DNA of 64,000 nucleotides from an uncultured candidatus Brocadiaceae bacterium (GTDB lineage: Bacteria > Planctomycetota > UBA1135 > UBA2386): assembly GCA_964418595.1 (NCBI GenBank), contig CAYQMF010000001.1, positions 92,258 through 156,257 on the forward strand. Reading direction: 5' to 3'. The position numbers were made by a program, and so were the translations under genes. The notes beneath the pieces were generated by a model that saw only the letters and a program-made list of their open reading frames with translations, searched no databases and was not told the origin of the DNA. Shown here one piece after another: positions 17,022 to 24,163 of the stretch (position 1 is its first letter; each line of letters opens with the position of its first letter).

Positions 17022-17864
17022 TTGTCGCAAGCCCCGCGCCTCGCCCTGACGCTCGTCGTGCCCGTCTACAACGGCGCGTCGTTCCTGGCGAGCACGCTGC
17101 AGCAGGTGCAGCAGTGGCTGGCGGAGCGGACCCGGCCGTGCGAGGTCATCGTGGTCGACGACGGCAGCACCGACGGCACGGCGGCGATGCTCGCGGCGTT
17201 CGTGGCCGGGCGACCAGCGACCCCCGGCGCCGACGTCGTGGTCCTGCGCAACGCCACGAACCGGGGCAAGGGGTTCAGCGTGCGCCGCGCGTTCCTGCAC
17301 GCGCGCGGCGAGCACGTCGTGTTCACCGACGCCGACCTGACCTACTCGCTCGACAACCTGGTGCCCATCGTCGGCGCTCTCGAAGGTGGCGCCGACATCG
17401 CCTACGGGAGCCGCATGCACCGCGAGAGCCGGTACATCGTCGCGCCCACGTTCTTCGGCAAGCTGTTCACGCGGCACCTCTCGGGGCGCTGCTTCAACCT
17501 GCTGGTGCGCATCCTCGTCCTGCCCGGCGTGCTCGACACCCAGGCCGGGCTGAAGGGCTTCCGGCGCGACGCGGCGCGCACCCTCGCCGGGCGGGTGCGG
17601 CTCGACCGCTTCTCGTTCGATGTCGAGCTGCTGTTCGCGGCACGGCGCCTGGGGATGACGCTGACCGGCTGTCCGGTGCTGTTCGTGTACCGCAAGGAGC
17701 CGACGACGGTGCGCTTCGCGCGCGACTCGCTCGCCATGTTGCGCGACATGCTCCGCGTGCGCTGGCGCGCGCTGCGCGGCGTCTACGCGCGCGAGGCGCC
17801 GGCCGAGGTCATCGAGGATCTGCGCTGCGGCGGGGCCGCGCGGTCGCCCGGCACGGCGGGCTGA
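17022..17864 (+). CDS. GT2 polyprenol-phosphate glycosyltransferase (DPM1/ArnC-like)
   Basis: TTG at 17022. Motifs: LTLVVPVYNGASFL, VIVVDDGSTDGT, VVFTDADLTYS (DxD), and GFRRDAAR...FSFDVELL. Confidence 0.85.
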   Translation: MSQAPRLALTLVVPVYNGASFLASTLQQVQQWLAERTRPCEVIVVDDGSTDGTAAMLAAFVAGRPATPGADVVVLRNATNRGKGFSVRRAFLHARGEHVVFTDADLTYSLDNLVPIVGALEGGADIAYGSRMHRESRYIVAPTFFGKLFTRHLSGRCFNLLVRILVLPGVLDTQAGLKGFRRDAARTLAGRVRLDRFSFDVELLFAARRLGMTLTGCPVLFVYRKEPTTVRFARDSLAMLRDMLRVRWRALRGVYAREAPAEVIEDLRCGGAARSPGTAG

Positions 17865-17868
17865 GCCG

Positions 17869-18717
17869 ATGGCGAGCGCAGCGCGCCGGATCGTCTTCGT
17901 CGCCGACGACCTCGGGATCTCGGATGGCGTGAACGAAGGCATCGCGCGCGCCGCGCGCGCCGGCCTCGTGTACGAGGCGTCGGCGTGCGTCACCGGCGAC
18001 GCCCTGGCGGCGGGAATCGACATGGCCCGCGACGTCGGCATCGGCGTCGGCCTGCACCTGTCGTTCACGCTGGGCAGGTCGCTGACCGGCCCCATCGCCG
18101 GGCTCACCGACGCGACCGGCGCCTTCCGCGATCTCGCGCAGGTGCTGGTCGCGTGCCTGCGCCGGCGCGTCGACCTCGCCGCCGCCGCGCGCGAGACCGA
18201 CGCCCAACTCGCGCGCCTGCGCGACGCGGGTGTCACGCCGACGCACCTCAACGGCCACCATCACGTGCACTGCATGCCGGGCCTCCGCGACGTGGCGCTC
18301 GCGGCCGCGGCGCGGCACGGCATCCGCTGGACACGCCTGCCGCTCGAACATCGCGCCGCGGGCGGCCGCCTGCGGCCGACGCGCTGGTTGCTCGCGCGCC
18401 TCGCGCGCGCGACGCGCCCCGTGGTCGTGCGACACGGTCTTTCGGCCTTGCCCTTCGTGGGGGTCACGCTCGAAGCGTGCCGTGGCTATGGCGCGCGCGT
18501 GCGCGCGCTGGCCAGCCGCCTTCCGCCCGGCGACTACGAGTGGATGGTGCATCCGCGCGTCGCCGACGACGCGTTCGCGCGCCTCGACCCGCGCAGCGTG
18601 CCGCGCACCGACGCGACGGCCGAGGAACTGGCCGCACTGACCGATCCGGCCCTCGTGCGCGATCTGGCCGCCACCGGCGTGACGACGGCGCGCTTTCCGC
18701 CGGCTACTCGGCCTTGA
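17869..18717 (+). CDS. YdjC/ChbG/NaxD-family carbohydrate deacetylase
   Basis: The start RIVFVADDLGISDGVNEGI and the metal-site region HLNGHHHVH are characteristic of the YdjC family. It begins 5 nt after the GT2 stop. Confidence 0.8.
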   Translation: MASAARRIVFVADDLGISDGVNEGIARAARAGLVYEASACVTGDALAAGIDMARDVGIGVGLHLSFTLGRSLTGPIAGLTDATGAFRDLAQVLVACLRRRVDLAAAARETDAQLARLRDAGVTPTHLNGHHHVHCMPGLRDVALAAAARHGIRWTRLPLEHRAAGGRLRPTRWLLARLARATRPVVVRHGLSALPFVGVTLEACRGYGARVRALASRLPPGDYEWMVHPRVADDAFARLDPRSVPRTDATAEELAALTDPALVRDLAATGVTTARFPPATRP

Positions 18718-18973
18718 TGTGTTTCGAGACGAGCTTCGTCATCTCGAACATCGTCACCTTCGCCTTGCCGCCGAACACCGCCTTCAGCTTCTCGTCGGCG
18801 TTGATGTTGGTGCGGACCTTGGCGTCCTGCAGCCCGTGCTTCTTGATGTAGTCCCACAGGCGCTTGGTGATCTGACCGCGGGGCGCCGGCTTGGGGCCGA
18901 TCACGGCGGCGAGGACTTCGTCGGGCTGGACCGGCTTCATCAGCGCCGGATTGATCTTTCGCTTGGTGGCCAT
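18704..18973 (-). CDS. SWIB/MDM2-domain protein (89 aa)
   Basis: ATG at 18973 (MATKRKINPALMKPVQP...). The SWIB-like core reads RGQITKRLWDYIKKHGLQD...INADEKLKAVFGGKAKVTMFEMTKLVSKHI. The track ORF 18704..19741 is over-extended. Confidence 0.8.
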   Translation of the reverse strand: MATKRKINPALMKPVQPDEVLAAVIGPKPAPRGQITKRLWDYIKKHGLQDAKVRTNINADEKLKAVFGGKAKVTMFEMTKLVSKHIKAE

Positions 18974-19047
18974 CGGCCGGAACGGTAGCAGGGCGCCCCG
19001 AAGGCGAGCATCCCGAGGCACAGAATCCGGCAGAAGCCGCGCGCGCG

Positions 19048-19692
19048 TCAGCCCGCGACGCGACCTGGGCAGTCGGGGGCCAGCGCGCAGCCGGCGCAGT
19101 CGGGACGCACCCGGCACACCGTCTGGCCGTGATGGCGGAGCCGGTGGAACGCGTCGACGCGCACCTCGGTGTCCTCGGGCAGCTCCGCGGCGGCCGCGCG
19201 CTGGGCCGAGCGATAGCTCGTCGCGTACGCCTTCGCCTCCTCGCCGTAGCCGAGGCGCAGCAGGACGCGCAGACCATTGCTGTCGAGGGCGACCGCGGGC
19301 ACCACGCCCGCGAACAGCAGGAGGCGATCGGCCCCCGGCACGCCGATCCCGGGAAACCGGCGCACCCTCGCGCGCGAGGCCTTGGCATCGGCGGTGACGA
19401 TCGCCGTCGGACCGCCCATCTCCTCGCACAGCATCGCGCACGAGCGCAGCTTGCGAACCTGCTGCGCCGCCATGCGACCCTCGCCACACGCCGCCGCGAG
19501 GACCGGATCGGGCGCCGTGGCGATGCGTGCGGCCCGCAGCCCCGTGTCGCGGCGCAACCGCGCCAGTGCCCGGCCCCGCGCCGCGTCGTCGGCAAGGTAG
19601 ACCACGTTCTCCCACAGGATCTGCACCCACGGATCCCGGGGCAGAAGGGTCACGTCGTGCTGCACCCGGCGCAGGGCGCGCAGGAGGTTCAT
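19048..19692 (-). CDS. HhH-GPD / endonuclease III-like DNA glycosylase with Fe-S cluster loop
   Basis: ATG at 19692 (MNLLRALRR...), with an alternative at 19710. The helix-hairpin-helix is FPGIGVPGADRLLLF. The C-terminal CRVRPDCAGCALAPDC matches Cx6Cx2Cx5C. Confidence 0.75.
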   Translation of the reverse strand: MNLLRALRRVQHDVTLLPRDPWVQILWENVVYLADDAARGRALARLRRDTGLRAARIATAPDPVLAAACGEGRMAAQQVRKLRSCAMLCEEMGGPTAIVTADAKASRARVRRFPGIGVPGADRLLLFAGVVPAVALDSNGLRVLLRLGYGEEAKAYATSYRSAQRAAAAELPEDTEVRVDAFHRLRHHGQTVCRVRPDCAGCALAPDCPGRVAG

Positions 19693-19756
19693 GAGGCGCG
19701 GAGGAGGCATCGGGAGACGCGGCGATGATAGTCCCCGCCACCGGGCGACGGCGCTA

Positions 19757-19767
19757 CGCGTACACTC
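19757..19767. repeat. Left copy of the 11-bp direct repeat CGCGTACACTC
   Basis: Exact match to 22618-22628. It is intergenic and lies at the transition from high-GC to lower-GC DNA. Confidence 0.6.
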
Positions 19768-19865
19768 CAGCCCGATGACGTCCTCGCCGCCGTGATCGGC
19801 AACAAGCCGGCGCAGGGCACCGGGGCGATTGAACACCCAGGTCCCCTGCGGGTAGCGTGCCCCCG

Positions 19866-20813
19866 ATGGCAAAGACCAACCCGCCGGACGACGACGCGGA
19901 GATAGCGAAGAAGCTGTTCTTCCAAGAGTTCCTGATCGACTTCCTGGGCGGTCTCGTTCCAGGGATCCTCTTCCTGGTAGCAGCGACGTTCGCTGCAGTC
20001 CCCCCGCTGTTGGCGCTGTTCACGGCGCTCAAGCCGCCGCCCCCGCCAGGTTCGCCAGACCCCGGGCCTGGACAAATGCTACTGGAGGCTCTGTCGAAGA
20101 CGCAGAATACGCCGAGCGCGGTATGGATCAGCGCGTTCGTCATATTCGTACTCCTAGCCTATGTCATCGGCCACCTCTTCTACCGACACGACCTCAAGCG
20201 TGCCGATCGAGCAAGCTTCGCCAGACTAGCAAAGACAGAGGATAACAAGACGGATGAAGGCAAGAAACGCAACCTGGCCTGCTCGAACGTCTCCGAATGC
20301 GAGTTCCCCTATCCCTATTACCATTTGTACCTCCAGCAGCGCGGTCTGACCCATCTCGTCCCCCTAGCCGTCTGGCGCAAGAATCAATTCCACCGTAGCA
20401 AGACCTACATCAACACGCTCAAGATACGTCTCAAGCACTACTATCCCGACAAGTGCGGGACCATTATCAAAAACGAGGCCCACGTCCGCCTAGCGTCGTC
20501 TGCTTGGTATGTCTCACTACTCCTCATTGTCTTGGCTGTCGTGGCCATCGTCGTCGTCGGTGCAGCCCTGATCATCTCTTGGAGTAGGGGTCGGCTCGGT
20601 TCATGGAGCGATTACGCGCTCGCCCATCTGCCGGGTTTCGTAGCTCCAGCTATCGTTCTCGGCATGGCCGCTTTCTCTAGGAAGATCATCAACGGGTTCC
20701 TTCATTACCAACGGTTGCGCGAGGTCTTCTTTGTGCTGGAAACTGCGTTCACAGCCTTTCGCGACAACACCGACCGACTTGATCCGCCATTCCCCCAAGC
20801 GCCCGAAAATTGA
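19866..20813 (+). CDS. Orphan 4-TM membrane protein of unknown function
   Basis: ATG at 19866 (MAKTNPPDDD...); the track starts at GTG 19857. It has two TM pairs (LVPGILFLVAATFAAVPPLLALF and VWISAFVIFVLLAYVIGHLF; AWYVSLLLIVLAVVAIVVVGAALII and FVAPAIVLGMAAF). These flank a ~115-aa basic/aromatic loop. Many codons end in A/T. Confidence 0.65.
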   Translation: MAKTNPPDDDAEIAKKLFFQEFLIDFLGGLVPGILFLVAATFAAVPPLLALFTALKPPPPPGSPDPGPGQMLLEALSKTQNTPSAVWISAFVIFVLLAYVIGHLFYRHDLKRADRASFARLAKTEDNKTDEGKKRNLACSNVSECEFPYPYYHLYLQQRGLTHLVPLAVWRKNQFHRSKTYINTLKIRLKHYYPDKCGTIIKNEAHVRLASSAWYVSLLLIVLAVVAIVVVGAALIISWSRGRLGSWSDYALAHLPGFVAPAIVLGMAAFSRKIINGFLHYQRLREVFFVLETAFTAFRDNTDRLDPPFPQAPEN

Positions 20814-20898
20814 GGCGGAGCTGAGTAAGACGCGGTTTCACAACCTGGTACATGGATGGCACTTGTACTTTTTCCCGGTCTGTGGCTTCGTCTGCGGG

Positions 20899-21550
20899 AT
20901 GGCAAAGCGATTCTCACGAATCCTGAGCGACGAGCAATGGTCAGTCCTGCAGCCGCTGTTCCCCACGCCGAAGGTGCGCAAGGGCAGGAACAAGGGCGGG
21001 CGGCCATGGCGTGGCAACCGCGAGTGCCTCGAGGGGATCATCTGGATCTTGCGCTCGGGAGCGCGATGGCGGGATCTGCCGCCTCCGTTTCCGAGCGGCG
21101 TGACGTGCTGGCGCCGCTTGCGGGATTGGCAGAAGAAGAGAGTCTGGCGAGCGGCCTGGGAGGCGCTGCTCGGTGTTCTGGACGAACGGGGTCGACTCGA
21201 CCTGCAAGAGGCGTACGTGGACGCGACCTTTCGGGCCGCCAGAAAGAGGCGACGGAATTGGCCTCACGAAGCGTGGGAAGGGCACGAAGGCCGAGTTCCT
21301 CGTGAGCCCAGAGGGCGTGCCGCTGGCCGCGGTCAGTGCCCCCGCTTCGGTCGGAGAAACCAAGCTTGTCGAGCCAGTGCTCGAGCAACTCAACGGCAGC
21401 GGCTGCCCGGACCTCTGGCCAGAGATCGTGATCGCGGACAAGGCGTACGACAGCGACGCCCTACGAGACGTCACCGCATCGGTCGGCATCCTCCTGCTTT
21501 CTCCCCATCGGCGGAACCGGCGGCCCGACAAGCGCACGAACGACGCATGA
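20899..21550 (+). pseudogene. IS5-family (DUF4096 + DDE, IS427/IS1031-like) transposase, frame-broken and 3'-truncated
   Basis: The N-terminal part, in the frame of track ORF 20731..21561, reads MAKRFSRILSDEQWSVLQPLFP...LRSGARWRDLPPPFPSGVTCWRRLRDW. Similarity jumps near 21229-21235 to the frame of ORF 21173..21550 (LTKRGKGTKAEFLV...IVIADKAYDSDALR...SPHRRNR). The product ends before the expected C-terminal RWxVE/RYE catalytic region. Confidence 0.8.
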
Positions 21551-21557
21551 GATCGTC

Positions 21558-22382
21558 GTGACGTCGCCGGGCGAACATCGCCGTGGCCTGTCGAAGAGGA
21601 TCTGCGAAGTGATGGGCGGAAGACGAACGGACGCCTCAAGGACCGATCGTGCCGTGACGTGCTGCAGAAGCTGGACGCAGCAGGCTTCCTGCACCTGCCC
21701 CCGAGGCGGCGGCCACCGACGTGCCGGCAACCGATCCAGATCACCGCCCACACAGATCCCCGACCAGCCCCTGCTGCCTTCGGCCCGCGCGACGTTGGCA
21801 CCGAGTGCTTCCAGATCGTCTCGCGTGATGGACACTCCGCCGCGGCGAGGCTGTGGAACGAGTACGTCGAGCGGTACCACTACCTGTGCTACGGCATCCC
21901 CGTCGGACCGCACATCAAGTACTTCGTCCACGTGCATGACGAGCCCATCGCCCTCATAGCCTTCGGCGGAGCCGCATGGAAGACTGCACCTCGCGACCAG
22001 TGGATCGGTTGGTCCAGAGCGCAACGGGAAGCCAACCTGCATCTCGTCGTCAACAACACCCGCTTCCTGATCCTCCCTTGGATTCGCATCGACAACCTCG
22101 CCTCGCGCTTGCTGTCGATCGCCGCAAAGCGACTACCGGAAGACTGGAATCGCCTATGCCTACCGACCGCTTCTCCTTGAGACCTTCGTCCACGCCGAGC
22201 GCCATGCGGGAACGTGCTACCGAGCCGCGAACTGGATCTGCGTCGGCACCACCAAGGGCCGCGGTAAGACCAACCGCAGCAAGAAGGACCGCATCCCCAA
22301 GAAGCTCGTCTCTTTGCTTCCGCTCGTTCGCGATGCACGCGAAAGGCTCGCGGCTGCCGACGCAGGCAATGTCGACCCGTGA
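21558..22382 (+). pseudogene. DUF4338 (DruA-like) gene remnant with at least two frame breaks
   Basis: Family-like segments lie in three frames. These are RRGLSKRICEVMG, then KTNGRLKDRSCRDVLQKLDAAGFLHLPP...VERYHYLCYG...AAWKTAPRDQWIGWS...VVNNTRFLILPWIRIDNLASRLL...EDWN, then YAYRPLLLETFVHAERHAGTCYRAANWICVGTTKGRGK. The breaks are near 21612-21618 and 22150-22153. The N-terminal part is missing. Confidence 0.7.
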
Positions 22383-22591
22383 ACGGTTACGCGGCCGTGC
22401 TGCGCGGGTTCTTCGACTATGCGACCGTGCTGGCCGGCGTCTTGATCTTCGCGGATCGGCCGGTCGAGCCCACCCAGACTCATTACGTGCGCCTCGCGGG
22501 GCTCACCTCGCTGCTGGCGTTCGTGCTGAACTACCATCCGGCCCGGTTCGGGAACCTGCTGAAGCGGGCGGGAGAGTTGGTGGGGAAGTAG
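22379..22591 (+). CDS. Small hydrophobic ORF (70 codons), possibly a gene fragment
   Basis: The GTG at 22379 overlaps the DUF4338 stop. The frame is GC3-rich (unlike the 4-TM gene). It has no recognisable motif. Confidence 0.3.
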   Translation: MNGYAAVLRGFFDYATVLAGVLIFADRPVEPTQTHYVRLAGLTSLLAFVLNYHPARFGNLLKRAGELVGK

Positions 22592-22617
22592 GGTTCCGAC
22601 CAACTGGGAGTGCCTCG

Positions 22618-22628
22618 CGCGTACACTC
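22618..22628. repeat. Right copy of the 11-bp direct repeat CGCGTACACTC
   Basis: Exact match to 19757-19767. It lies 33 nt upstream of the Vgb-like gene start. Confidence 0.6.
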
Positions 22629-22660
22629 GCCCTCCTGCCCCCAGCGCGAGAAGACCGAAC

Positions 22661-24007
22661 ATGCGCACCCTCCTCCTCGCTGCCCTCGCGGCGTCCCCAG
22701 CCCTGCCCGCCCAACTCACCGTGCGCGAGTACCTCCTCCCGCGCGCCAACGCCTTCCCGCACGACCCTGCGGTCGGGCTCGACGGGATGGTGTGGTACAC
22801 CGACCAGACCAACAGCCGCATCGGTCGCCTCGATCCCGACACGGGGGTGATCGTCGACTTCCCCACCCCCACGCCGAACTCGGGGCCGCACGGCATCACC
22901 GTCACGCCCGACGGGTTCATCTCGTACACCGCGCAGGACACCGGCAGGCTCGGGCGCGTCGATCCGGCGACGGGACGGATCACCGAGTACGTCCTGCCGG
23001 CCAACGCGTCGCGGCCGCACACGCCGATCGCGCACGCGGGCGCGGTGTGGTTCACGGCGCAGACCAACGACACGTTCGGGCGGTTCGATCCGACCAGCAA
23101 TCAGACGCAGGTGTGGTCGGCGCCGAGCGGGTCACGACCGTATGGCATCGCGCCGGCGCCGGACGGATCGCTGTGGATCGCGCTGTTCGGCACGAACAAG
23201 CTCGGGCGCGTCGACACGGCGAACGGCGGGCTCACGCTGTTCGACCTGCCCAACGCAGCCGCGCGACCGCGCCGTCTCGTGGTGGCCAATGACGGGCGGG
23301 TGTACTACAGCGACTACGCGCGCGGCTACCTCGGCCGCCTCGACCCGACGACGCGGCAGGTCCGCGAGTGGCGCTCGCTCGGCACGAGCCCCCGGCCATA
23401 CGGGATCTGGACGGGAACCGACAGCCGCATCTGGTTCAACACGTCGGGCGCCAACCTCATGGTGGCGTTCGACCCGCGCACGGAGCAGATGGAGGCCGTC
23501 CCCATCCCGACCAGTGGCAGCATCGTGCGACACATGGTGTGGGACACGCCCCGCGGTCGCCTGTGGCTGGCGCTGAGTGGAACGCAGCGCATCGGCGAGA
23601 TCCGGCTCGACGTGCCGGTGACGCGGTACGGCAATGCTTGCCCGGGAAGCCTCGGCAACCCCTCGCTCACGACCGCGGGCCTGCCGCGCATCGGGGACAC
23701 CTTCACCGTGGGCGTGAGCAACACGGCAGCACCGGCCGCGGCGCTGTTCCTCGGCGAGTCCGACGCGATGTGGAACAACGTGCCGCTACCGCTCGGGCTT
23801 GGCTTCCTCGGCGCGCCGGCCTGCGCCGTGCACCCGGCGTGGAGCCTGATCGTCTACAACGGCCACGCGGGCGCGGTGCCGATCCAGGTGCCGCTGGCGC
23901 TCGAGCTGGGCGGCGCGCGCCTGTTCTTCCAGTGGGCGCTCGCCGGCGAGCCGGGCTACGCGCTCACGACGACCGCGGCGGCGCGCGTGGTCGTGATCGG
24001 GACCTGA
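22661..24007 (+). CDS. Secreted Vgb (streptogramin lyase)-like beta-propeller protein with C-terminal shared module
   Basis: ATG at 22661 (MRTLLLAALAASPALPAQ). Propeller blades repeat: PHDPAVGLDGMVWYTDQTNSRIGRLD, PHGITVTPDGFISYTAQDTGRLGRVD, PYGIAPAPDGSLWIALFGTNKLGRVD, and others. The last 126 aa begin YGNACPGSLG. The track ORF starts at 22610. Confidence 0.75.
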   Translation: MRTLLLAALAASPALPAQLTVREYLLPRANAFPHDPAVGLDGMVWYTDQTNSRIGRLDPDTGVIVDFPTPTPNSGPHGITVTPDGFISYTAQDTGRLGRVDPATGRITEYVLPANASRPHTPIAHAGAVWFTAQTNDTFGRFDPTSNQTQVWSAPSGSRPYGIAPAPDGSLWIALFGTNKLGRVDTANGGLTLFDLPNAAARPRRLVVANDGRVYYSDYARGYLGRLDPTTRQVREWRSLGTSPRPYGIWTGTDSRIWFNTSGANLMVAFDPRTEQMEAVPIPTSGSIVRHMVWDTPRGRLWLALSGTQRIGEIRLDVPVTRYGNACPGSLGNPSLTTAGLPRIGDTFTVGVSNTAAPAAALFLGESDAMWNNVPLPLGLGFLGAPACAVHPAWSLIVYNGHAGAVPIQVPLALELGGARLFFQWALAGEPGYALTTTAAARVVVIGT

Positions 24008-24027
24008 CGCGCGGGGCCAACCAAGAG

Positions 24028-24062
24028 AAAAACCGGCTCAGGGTCGCGCCGACGCCGGGTTT
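24028..24062 (+). terminator. Possible hairpin terminator after the Vgb-like gene
   Basis: aaaaaccggc ...16 nt... gccgggttt. The stem is about 8 bp with one bulge. It has an A-tract before and only TTT after, so it is weak. Confidence 0.3.
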
Positions 24063-24163
24063 CGCGACACTGAGCGGTGCCGCTCCACGCCGGACGGCCT
24101 CGTTCTCGCCAACGCAGCCCGCGGCTGGTTCTGCCTCGCGCCGCGCGCAAGAAGGATTGCCAG

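Larger units (their letters stand above)
19768..22617. mobile_element. Decayed, compositionally distinct insertion (orphan membrane gene + IS5 remnant + DUF4338 remnant)
   Basis: It is bracketed by the 11-bp direct repeat. My hand count gives 54% G+C for 20161-20260 against 76% for 19101-19200. It holds two frame-broken mobile-element-type genes. No intact transposase or integrase is present. Confidence 0.55.

Noticed and set aside
15799-17049. A 416-aa ORF in an alternative frame across the GT87-like gene.
   Set aside because: Its translation is Arg/Pro/Ala-rich without hydrophobic segments. The chosen frame gives a coherent polytopic membrane protein with the FRYPPL motif.
21220-21240. A programmed ribosomal frameshift joining the two IS5 transposase frames.
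   Set aside because: The frame change is in the +1 direction. I see no slippery heptamer of the A-AAA-AAG type at ACC TTT CGG GCC. The gene is also truncated at its 3' end, so an inactivating indel is the simpler reading.
21558-22382. A Druantia anti-phage system, suggested by the DUF4338/DruA-like sequence.
   Set aside because: The gene is N-terminally truncated and frame-broken at least twice. No large DruB-E/helicase-type genes are nearby, because the flanks are an IS5 remnant and a Vgb-like exported protein. Lone DUF4338 genes are common.
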